Below, piece after piece: positions 8,312 to 15,547 of a DNA stretch of 40,103 nt. Both the position numbers and the translations under genes were made by a program. The notes beneath the pieces are model-generated. The model ran no database searches, was not told the origin of the DNA, and saw only the letters and a list, made by a program, of their open reading frames with translations. Source of the DNA: a virus; the IMG/VR virus record IMGVR_UViG_3300029610_000017, positions 1 through 40,103 of that record; one strand, given 5' to 3'. Within the stretch, counting starts at the first letter, position 1, and every line of letters starts with the position of its first letter.

Positions 8312-9025
8312 ATGGAGAATTACGGAATGTCTCCTGCCGATTACGCGGCAGTGAGCGGAAACAACCGCGACGGAGTTTTCGGCGGTGACGGTGCATGGTG
8401 GATTATCATCCTGTTCCTGTTCGCGATGTTCGGTGGATGGAACAACGGATGGGGCAACAACGGCACAAACGGAGCCGGTTTTCAGGGATATGCCACACGC
8501 GCAGACATCAACGAGGGCTTTGCGCTCAACGGGCTTGAAAACGGCATAAGGGGCATACAGCAGGGGCTGTGTGACAGCACCTATGCGCTGAACAACGGCA
8601 TGATGCAGGGCTTCTGCGGGGTGGAAAAAGGATTCAACAGCCTTTCAAGCCAGCTTGCGGACTGCTGCTGCCAGAACCGCGAAGCCATAGCACAGGTGCG
8701 CTATGACATGGCGACACAGAGCTGCGCGACGAACAACAACATACAGAACGTAGCAAGGGATATCATCGACAGCACCAACGCCGGAACAAGGGCGATCCTC
8801 GACAAGATGTGTCAGCAGGAGATAGACGCGCTCAAGTCGCGCAACGCTGACCTTCTCGCGGATAACAACGCGCTGCGTTTTGCACAGTCTCAGACCGCTC
8901 AGAACCAGTTTATCACGCAGGTCGGAAGCGATATCGTGAACAGGATTCAGCCCATCCCGACACCGTCTTATATCGTCCAGAATCCTAACTGCTGCGGAAG
9001 TACCTTCGGTACCTGCGGCGGTTGA
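8312..9025 (+). CDS. Cys-rich membrane-anchored protein, unknown function
   Basis: GGAGG ribosome-binding site. One TM segment (AWWIIILFLFAMFGGW), G/N-rich linker, many Cys residues including CCC and a C-terminal NPNCCGSTFGTCGG. Confidence 0.55.
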   Translation: MENYGMSPADYAAVSGNNRDGVFGGDGAWWIIILFLFAMFGGWNNGWGNNGTNGAGFQGYATRADINEGFALNGLENGIRGIQQGLCDSTYALNNGMMQGFCGVEKGFNSLSSQLADCCCQNREAIAQVRYDMATQSCATNNNIQNVARDIIDSTNAGTRAILDKMCQQEIDALKSRNADLLADNNALRFAQSQTAQNQFITQVGSDIVNRIQPIPTPSYIVQNPNCCGSTFGTCGG

Positions 9026-9061
9026 GTGAGCCACACGGAATCACGGTAGGAGGTGCAAAAG

Positions 9062-9493
9062 ATGCCTGAATATACTTCAAACGCCGTCCAGACAGTGGCG
9101 GCAAACGGCAACGTCCTTTTCACCGAGACGCCTGTTCCCTGCACCAAGGGATATGTCGTACACCGCGAAGGCGCGGGAGTTATAACTCTGCGCGGCATCG
9201 TGAATTCCTGCGCTCAGAGCGCAAGATACAAGGTGTCCTTCGGAGGCAATATTGCAATCCCGACGGGCGGCACAGTGGGTGCGATATCGATTGCGCTTGC
9301 CATCGGTGGAGAGCCGATACCTGCAAGCTCGATGATATCCACCCCGGCGGCGGTGGGCGAGTATCAGAACGTCTTCGGATCACTGTTTGTCACGGTTCCT
9401 CGCGGGTGCTGCTACACTATTGCGGTGGAGAACACAAGCGGGCAGGCGATCGAAATCCAGAACGCCAACATCATTGTTGAGCGCGTGGCTTAG
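9062..9493 (+). CDS. BclA-C-terminal-like (C1q/TNF-like jelly-roll) protein
   Basis: AGGAGG ribosome-binding site 8 nt before the ATG at 9062. The pattern NGNVLF...YKVSFGGNIA...ALAIGGEPIP...VENTSGQAIEIQNANIIVERV matches the exosporium BclA C-domain style. Confidence 0.5.
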   Translation: MPEYTSNAVQTVAANGNVLFTETPVPCTKGYVVHREGAGVITLRGIVNSCAQSARYKVSFGGNIAIPTGGTVGAISIALAIGGEPIPASSMISTPAAVGEYQNVFGSLFVTVPRGCCYTIAVENTSGQAIEIQNANIIVERVA

Positions 9494-9504
9494 GGGGTGA
9501 GAGC

Positions 9505-9963
9505 ATGGACGAGATGTACCGCATGGGCGAACGCATAAAAGAGGAGCTTGATAAGATAGCCGAAAAGGGGCTGAACATCGGCAACCTCGATCATGCGTAC
9601 AAGCTCATAGATATGTACAAAGACCTGAAAAACGTCGATTACTGGGAAGCCAAAAAGGATTACTATGAGACCGACGGATACAGCGAGAGAAACCGGAAGC
9701 GTGACAGTCACGGCAGGTACAGCCGGAGCGACGGATACAGCTATCGGGACGGCTCGGATGCTTATAACCGATATATCGACAGTAAGCGGACATACAGACA
9801 CAACGCAGGGGACGGAAACTGCAAACAGCGGCTGATGAACACCCTCGACGACTATATGGACAGCTTCACCAGCAGAATGGAGGAAATGCTCCGGGACGCT
9901 GACTGCGCGGAAGAGCGCGAGACGATACAGCGGTATCTCAGTAAGCTGAACAGCCTTAGCTGA
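9505..9963 (+). CDS. Hypothetical charged protein (152 aa)
   Basis: GGGGGTGAG ribosome-binding site. Helical ends around an R/S/D/Y-rich centre. Confidence 0.5.
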   Translation: MDEMYRMGERIKEELDKIAEKGLNIGNLDHAYKLIDMYKDLKNVDYWEAKKDYYETDGYSERNRKRDSHGRYSRSDGYSYRDGSDAYNRYIDSKRTYRHNAGDGNCKQRLMNTLDDYMDSFTSRMEEMLRDADCAEERETIQRYLSKLNSLS

Positions 9964-9970
9964 CAGGCGG

Positions 9971-9996
9971 GGGGGAGAACGGAAACGCTCTCCCCC
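9971..9996 (+). terminator. GNRA-capped hairpin (probable terminator)
   Basis: GGGGGAGAACG-GAAA-CGCTCTCCCCC with one mismatch. The stem resembles the one at 1218..1240. Confidence 0.5.
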
Positions 9997-10037
9997 TTAA
10001 ATGCGTATTGGACTTTTTTTGTTTTTGGCTTTACAAT
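9996..10037 (+). promoter_or_regulatory. Late promoter 2 with conserved upstream element
   Basis: CTTAAATGCGTAT-TGGACT-17 nt-TACAAT. Confidence 0.6.
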
Positions 10038-10051
10038 GGTTATGATAGGGG

Positions 10052-10228
10052 GTGAGGCTTATTAATCCGACCGAAAACGAGTGGGTGTTATGCCCGATAT
10101 GCGGAGGAAAAACCCGCGTGATGGTCAATCGGCACACCAAGGTCAGCGATTTCCCGCTGTTCTGCCCGAAGTGCAAGAATCAGTCCCTTGTCGATATCGC
10201 AGATATGAAGCTGACATACAGTCGGTGA
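10052..10228 (+). CDS. Cysteine-rich KTR-family zinc-ribbon protein (58 aa, not in the ORF track)
   Basis: Translation gives ...NEWVLCPICGGKTRVMVNRHTKVSDFPLFCPKCKNQSLVDI... The frame opens after TAG at 10046. Start is uncertain (GTG at 10052 assumed). Confidence 0.6.
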   Translation: MRLINPTENEWVLCPICGGKTRVMVNRHTKVSDFPLFCPKCKNQSLVDIADMKLTYSR

Positions 10229-10311
10229 CATAAAATTACCTTGCCGGGGTTTACACGGCTTATCATCCGATTCGCGGGCGGCGCGAAAAACAAATCACGC
10301 AGGAGGATAAT

Positions 10312-10944
10312 ATGCAGAACATCACAGAAATACTCAAGGAAATCGGCATCGAAGTTCCGGAGGACAAACTGCCCGATCTCACCAAGAAGGTCGCGGAAAA
10401 TTACAAGACAGTCGCCGAGATGGAGAAGAAGACCGGAAGACTTGAGCAGGAACGCGACGATTACAAGTCGCAGCTCGAAAGCGCGAAGAACACGCTCAAG
10501 GGCTTTGAAGGCGTTGACCTGTCCACCATGCGCACTCAGCTTGCCGAATATAAGGAAAAAGCCGAGAAAGCGGAAAAGGATTTTAAGGACAAGCTCGCCG
10601 AAAGAGACCTTGACGACGCGCTGAATGCCGCGCTGGACGGCATAAAGTTTACCTCTGAGACAGCCAAGCGGGGGGTGAAATCCCGGCTGAAAGAGGAGAG
10701 AATCGAGCTTAACAAGGACGGCAAGCTCCGTGGATTTGATTCCCTGATATCCAAGCTCAGGGAGGAGGACAAGGACGCTTTTGCCGAGGACAGCAAACCT
10801 TCAGCGCGCTTTACTTCATCCTTCGGGAAGAACGACGGCGTAAAGAAGTACTCCAGCATCGAGGATATTTACAAAATCAAAGACGCGACAGAGCGGCAGA
10901 CCGCCATCGCACAGAACATGGATTTGTTCAGAAAGGATGAATAA
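10312..10944 (+). CDS. Scaffolding protein (Phage_GP20-like)
   Basis: AGGAGG ribosome-binding site. Highly charged coiled-coil protein immediately upstream of the capsid gene. Confidence 0.7.
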   Translation: MQNITEILKEIGIEVPEDKLPDLTKKVAENYKTVAEMEKKTGRLEQERDDYKSQLESAKNTLKGFEGVDLSTMRTQLAEYKEKAEKAEKDFKDKLAERDLDDALNAALDGIKFTSETAKRGVKSRLKEERIELNKDGKLRGFDSLISKLREEDKDAFAEDSKPSARFTSSFGKNDGVKKYSSIEDIYKIKDATERQTAIAQNMDLFRKDE

Positions 10945-10946
10945 CT

Positions 10947-12113
10947 ATGGCAGCTAAAGACGGACTTACAAAATCCGCAAATATCAGCGTAACCGCGAGA
11001 GAGATAGACTTCGTCACGCGGTTCACCCGTAACTGGGAGCATCTCACCGAAATCCTCGGCATCATGCGTCCCATCAAGAAACAGCCCGGCGCGGTACTCA
11101 AGAGCAAGTACGCAGAAGGAACGCTCAAGAGCGGCGCGGTAGGCGAAGGCGAGGAGATCCCTTACAGCAACTTCGTTGTCAAGGAAAAGAACTACGCCGA
11201 GATGACCATCGAGAAGTACGCAAAGGCAGTCTCGATAGAAGCAATCAAGGATCACGGATACGACAATGCGGTCGCGATGACCGACGACGAGTTCCTGTTC
11301 CAGCTTCAGAGCGAGGTTACATCCCGCTTCTATGCTTACCTCAACACCGGTGAGCTGACCGACACCGAGACCACCTTCCAGATGGCTCTCGCAATGGCAA
11401 AGGGACTTGTCGAAAACAAGTTCAAGACCATTCACCGCACCATGACCGGCACCGTCGGCTTCGTCAACGTCCTTGACGTATACGAATACCTCGGCAACGC
11501 AAACATCACGATTCAGACCCAGTTCGGATTCCAGTACATCAAGGACTTCATGGGCTTCAACACCATCTTCCTTCTCGGCGAAAACGAGATCGAAAGAGGT
11601 CGCGTGATCGCAACGCCGGTCGAAAATATCGTGCTTTACTACGTCGATCCCGGCGATTCCGATTTCGGTCGCGCCGGACTTGAGTATACTACTCAGGGAC
11701 AGACGAACCTCATCGGTTTCCACACGCAGGGCAACTACAACACCGCTGTGTCCGAGGCTTTCGCAATCATGGGGCTTACCCTCTTTGCAGAGTACATCGA
11801 CGCAATCGCGGTCGTTACGCTGTCCGACGGCAACGGTTCTCTCGGCGCTCTGACTGTCGCATCTGCGGCAGGAAGCACGACCGGCACAACCAAGCTGACC
11901 GTCACTCCCGCTAAGGTCGGCGGCGTGTACAAGTACAAGACCGATTCAACAACCGCTCCGACCGTGACTTACCTCCAGAACGTCCGCAACTGGACGACAT
12001 GGGACGGCAAGTCTGACATCGCGGCAACGTCGGGACACAAGATCACCGTTGTTGAGGCTGACAGCACCTATAAGGCGCTCAAGTCCGGCAACGCGACCAT
12101 CGCAGTAAAGTAA
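10947..12113 (+). CDS. Major capsid protein with a C-terminal Ig-like domain
   Basis: 388 aa, placed after the scaffold. The C-terminal ~90 aa (TKLTVTPAKVGGVYKYK...ITVVEADSTYKALKSGNATIAVK) look Big_2/Ig-like. Confidence 0.8.
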   Translation: MAAKDGLTKSANISVTAREIDFVTRFTRNWEHLTEILGIMRPIKKQPGAVLKSKYAEGTLKSGAVGEGEEIPYSNFVVKEKNYAEMTIEKYAKAVSIEAIKDHGYDNAVAMTDDEFLFQLQSEVTSRFYAYLNTGELTDTETTFQMALAMAKGLVENKFKTIHRTMTGTVGFVNVLDVYEYLGNANITIQTQFGFQYIKDFMGFNTIFLLGENEIERGRVIATPVENIVLYYVDPGDSDFGRAGLEYTTQGQTNLIGFHTQGNYNTAVSEAFAIMGLTLFAEYIDAIAVVTLSDGNGSLGALTVASAAGSTTGTTKLTVTPAKVGGVYKYKTDSTTAPTVTYLQNVRNWTTWDGKSDIAATSGHKITVVEADSTYKALKSGNATIAVK

Positions 12114-12125
12114 GGAGGAGGGCGT

Positions 12126-12623
12126 ATGGCATATGCGGATTACAGCCGGTATACGTCGATATACGGTGAAGGAAGCATATCTGAGATAGATTTCAACCGA
12201 TTCTCGTATGATGCATCGCGGTATATGGACTACTGCACAACCGGCGTGGACGGGGTGAAAAAACTTAAAATCGCGCACCCGACGGACGCTGACGATGCCG
12301 AGGCTGTGATCCGCTGTGCCTGTGCTCTTATACATGATATGTCCGAGATAGATGCCGCAGAAAAACGCGCGGCATCCGTCCGGGGGCTTGTACAGCGCGA
12401 GGACGGCACCGTCACCGGGGCTGTCGTTTCGTCGGTATCATCCGGCTCGGAATCGATCAGCTACTCGGTATCATCCGGGCAGTCTGCGATAGATGCCGCT
12501 GTGGCAAGCGAGGATGAGCGCAGGAAGCTTTATTTTGCGACGGTAAGGAAATACCTGTCCGGAGCAAAAGACGCAAATGGTGTGAATCTGCTGTACGGAG
12601 GGGCATATCCTTATGTACTCTGA
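12126..12623 (+). CDS. Head-tail connector/adaptor protein
   Basis: AAGGAGG ribosome-binding site. Position and size fit. Confidence 0.5.
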   Translation: MAYADYSRYTSIYGEGSISEIDFNRFSYDASRYMDYCTTGVDGVKKLKIAHPTDADDAEAVIRCACALIHDMSEIDAAEKRAASVRGLVQREDGTVTGAVVSSVSSGSESISYSVSSGQSAIDAAVASEDERRKLYFATVRKYLSGAKDANGVNLLYGGAYPYVL

Positions 12624-13068
12624 TACCGTCACCGTTTTCAATCGGTATGAATCTTCCCTCGGCGATACATGGTATCCCACAGTCATCTCCGGGGTTGATC
12701 TCAACATCGACAAGGCGGCGATACTTGCGAAATACGGCGCGGAATCTCAGGATAAAGCGGTGCTGCATATAAAGTACACAAAGACCGACGGCGGCATATA
12801 CGTCGCGGGGAAAAAGTGGCTCTCGCCCAAAGAGTGGGACAGGCAGACAAACGACCTTCTGCCGAAGACTATCACCTTCACGAGCGAAGGCGAAGACAGC
12901 GACTTCTTCATGTGGGGAAAGTATGACACTGCCCCGGTTTCTGACGCGGATTTCGATAAGTACGACGGCTTTTACAACTATATGCTCAAAAAGCACGATT
13001 ACGTCTTTACCGTCAGCTCTGCGGCTCTGTATACGGTGATACCGCACTTTGAGATACTTGGGAGGTAG
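12613..13068 (+). CDS. Head closure / neck protein (putative)
   Basis: GGAGG ribosome-binding site. Overlaps the upstream gene, consistent synteny. Confidence 0.4.
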   Translation: MYSDTVTVFNRYESSLGDTWYPTVISGVDLNIDKAAILAKYGAESQDKAVLHIKYTKTDGGIYVAGKKWLSPKEWDRQTNDLLPKTITFTSEGEDSDFFMWGKYDTAPVSDADFDKYDGFYNYMLKKHDYVFTVSSAALYTVIPHFEILGR

Positions 13069-13070
13069 CT

Positions 13071-13541
13071 ATGGCGAAGTCCAAGAAAATCGAGGCGCTG
13101 AAATACACCGGAAACTTCACGATGATCGACGGCGACCTCAGAATCAAGGTTAACTACAAACGCTTTTACGACCAGTTCAAGCGTGCGCAGTTTGAGCTTG
13201 ACAACAACGTGATGAGCGGCATGAAGCCATTTATGCCAATGGACACAGGGACATTCATACAACTTACTGAACAGGAAAGCATGGCTCTTGCCGGTTCCGG
13301 CGAGGTTGTCGCGGCTCATGCTCCTTACGGGCGATTCCTGTACTACGGCAAGCTGATGATTGACCCGGTGACGGAAAGCCCGTGGGCGCGTAAAGGCGCG
13401 AAAAAGGTTGTAAAAGTGCCGGAGGTTGAACTGACGTTTTCTAATCCGAAAGCCGTGCCGATGTGGTTTGATGAAGCCAAAAAGCATTATGCGGCTGACT
13501 GGATAAGAAAAGCAAAAAAAACAGCCGGCGGAGGTGACTGA
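13071..13541 (+). CDS. Minor capsid / neck protein (Minor_capsid_2, HK97 gp10-like)
   Basis: Motif MKPFMPMDTGTF...APYGRFLYYG. Confidence 0.55.
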   Translation: MAKSKKIEALKYTGNFTMIDGDLRIKVNYKRFYDQFKRAQFELDNNVMSGMKPFMPMDTGTFIQLTEQESMALAGSGEVVAAHAPYGRFLYYGKLMIDPVTESPWARKGAKKVVKVPEVELTFSNPKAVPMWFDEAKKHYAADWIRKAKKTAGGGD

Positions 13542-14041
13542 TGGCAGACCAAGAGTTAAAATACGATCTTGACGGTTACGAAGAAGTGACCGCCGCAATG
13601 CGCATACTGCTGAACAAATATCCGGGGCTTGCGATAGGGGACGAGATCGCATTTGCGACGCTCCCCGAAACGAGCGGGAAGGCGATGTATCCTATATCGA
13701 GCGCGGTTATAGCAACAGAGCGGGAAAGCATCACCGGACACGTAACGCAGACGTGTGTATACCCTCTGCACGTCATATACCGTGCGGCAAATCTGACCGA
13801 AGACCGTCGGGCGAGGATCAAGGAGTGGCTTGACAACCTCGGACGGTGGCTTGAGAGGCAGACGATTACGGTAGACGACACGGAGTATAAGCTCGACGGA
13901 TACCCCGCCCTGACCGGAAACCGCGTGATTACGCAGGTACAGCGGCAGACAGCGGCATATCTCGACAGCGTAAACGAAAACAAAAGCGAAAACTGGGTGA
14001 TATACATATCCGCTCAGTACAAAAATGAATTTGAAAGGTAG
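13541..14041 (+). CDS. Tail completion/terminator protein (putative)
   Basis: Synteny: immediately upstream of the major tail protein gene. Confidence 0.45.
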   Translation: MADQELKYDLDGYEEVTAAMRILLNKYPGLAIGDEIAFATLPETSGKAMYPISSAVIATERESITGHVTQTCVYPLHVIYRAANLTEDRRARIKEWLDNLGRWLERQTITVDDTEYKLDGYPALTGNRVITQVQRQTAAYLDSVNENKSENWVIYISAQYKNEFER

Positions 14042-14047
14042 GATAAT

Positions 14048-14548
14048 ATGGCTATAACCGGAAAAATCGAAAGAAAGTACATGGCGCATTACATTGATAC
14101 TTCTTTCGGAAGCACAGTAAGCTGGGAAAGGCTCGGCAAAGACCTTGAGGAGTACAGCATCGAGCTGAACCCCGACACCGAGACCAGCAAAAACATCCTC
14201 GGCGAATCAACCTTCAAGCACAACGGGTACGAGGTTTCCGCAGATGCAGATCCGTATTATGCGGAGGTCGGCGACGCGCTTTTCCTCAAGCTTCAGGACA
14301 TCATCGACAACCGCACGACCGGAGACGGATGCAAGACCAAGGCACTTGAGGTGCATCTCTGGGACGAGGATTCCACCACAAGCGGTTCTTTCACTGCATG
14401 GCAGCAGGACTGCTATGTCGTGCCGACCTCTTACGGCGGGGACACTTCGGGATATCAGATCCCGTTCACCGTATACTATACCGGCGAGAGAGTAAAGGGA
14501 AAGTTCGCACTGGCGACCAAAACCTTTACTGCCGATTCATCGCTTTAA
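14048..14548 (+). CDS. Major tail protein
   Basis: 166 aa, positioned before the chaperone pair and tape measure gene. Confidence 0.7.
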   Translation: MAITGKIERKYMAHYIDTSFGSTVSWERLGKDLEEYSIELNPDTETSKNILGESTFKHNGYEVSADADPYYAEVGDALFLKLQDIIDNRTTGDGCKTKALEVHLWDEDSTTSGSFTAWQQDCYVVPTSYGGDTSGYQIPFTVYYTGERVKGKFALATKTFTADSSL

Positions 14549-14559
14549 GGAGATAACAC

Positions 14560-14982
14560 ATGGACGAGAGAAGACTTACACTTGAGGTCGATACCGGAAA
14601 AATCATGATCGACCTGAAAGACGAAACCGGAGCAAAGATAGGAGAATTCGGGCTGAATCCGTCAGACGTCGGCATCGTTGACCGCTTCCGGGCGGTGATA
14701 GACTTTTTCAACGGCTATGGAGATTCAGAGGACGCAGACCCGCTTGACCGGGCATCAGAGCTTAACCGGAAGATCGGGGAGCAGTTCGACTATCTTCTCG
14801 GCGAAAACGCGCACGAGGGGATTTTCGGGAAGGTAAGCGCTCTCTCTCTTAACTCCGACGGCGACTTCTTCTTTGAGGGTATAATCGAGGGGCTTGGCGG
14901 TATCATCGAGCAGATAACCAAAAAGCGCGTCGATAAGAAGCTCAAAAAGATAAAGAAATATACGGATAAATACGCAAAGTGA
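14560..14982 (+). CDS. Tail assembly chaperone
   Basis: AAGGAG ribosome-binding site, acidic 140-aa protein upstream of the Gp15-like gene and the tape measure gene. Confidence 0.6.
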   Translation: MDERRLTLEVDTGKIMIDLKDETGAKIGEFGLNPSDVGIVDRFRAVIDFFNGYGDSEDADPLDRASELNRKIGEQFDYLLGENAHEGIFGKVSALSLNSDGDFFFEGIIEGLGGIIEQITKKRVDKKLKKIKKYTDKYAK

Positions 14983-15539
14983 ATGTCTGGGAACTGCCCA
15001 CATCCCTTGAAATCGGGGGTGTGGGCTTTGCCATTAGAAGCGACTTTCGCGCGGTGCTCGACGTGCTGAAAGCCTTCAACGACCCCGACCTTGAGGATGA
15101 CGAAAAGGCTATTGTGTGCCTGAAGATACTGTATGAGGACTTTGACAAAATCCCGCAGGAAAAGTACGAAGAAGCCTTTCAGAAAGCGGTGGAGTTCATC
15201 GACGCAGGGAGCACATCAGACGACAGCCCCAAACCCCGGCTCATGGACTGGGAGCAGGACGCGCCTATACTCATCCCTGCCGTAAACAAGGTTCTCGGCA
15301 CAGAATGCCGTGTAGCACCGTATCTGCACTGGTGGACTTTCCTCGGAGCATATATGGAGATAGGCGAGGGGCTTTTCTCCAGCGTGATAAGCATCCGGAA
15401 CAAGAAGGCAAAGGGAGAAAAGCTCGAAAAGTATGAGCGAACGTTTTACCGGGAAAACAAAAAGCTCATTGATTTTGAAAAAAGGTACTCGGAAGAGGAA
15501 TTGCAGGAGCAGGAGCGGCTTAAGGCTCTGCTCGGATAG
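14979..15539 (+). CDS. Phage Gp15-family tail assembly protein
   Basis: GTG start overlapping the upstream stop (GTGA). N-terminus ...WELPTSLEIGGVGFAIRSDFRAVLDVL is typical of Phage_Gp15. Confidence 0.6.
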   Translation: MNVWELPTSLEIGGVGFAIRSDFRAVLDVLKAFNDPDLEDDEKAIVCLKILYEDFDKIPQEKYEEAFQKAVEFIDAGSTSDDSPKPRLMDWEQDAPILIPAVNKVLGTECRVAPYLHWWTFLGAYMEIGEGLFSSVISIRNKKAKGEKLEKYERTFYRENKKLIDFEKRYSEEELQEQERLKALLG

Positions 15540-15547
15540 GAGGACAT

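Noticed and set aside
10869-11723. Long minus-strand ORFs antisense to + strand genes. Examples: 216..740, 479..1033, 3830..4474, 5801..6529, 10869..11723, 12457..13047, 12999..13652, 13556..14089, 34480..35574.
   Set aside because: Each lies entirely inside a + strand gene that has clear family motifs, a ribosome-binding site and translational coupling. Their products are low-complexity and R/S/P/C-rich with no ribosome-binding site. They are shadow ORFs typical of antisense frames.
14930-14990. A programmed -1 frameshift joining the two tail-chaperone ORFs (G/GT-like).
   Set aside because: The downstream frame is closed by a TAA around 14964..14966. There is no XXXYYYZ slippery heptamer in the short remaining overlap. 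The downstream Gp15-like ORF has its own GTG start coupled to the upstream stop.
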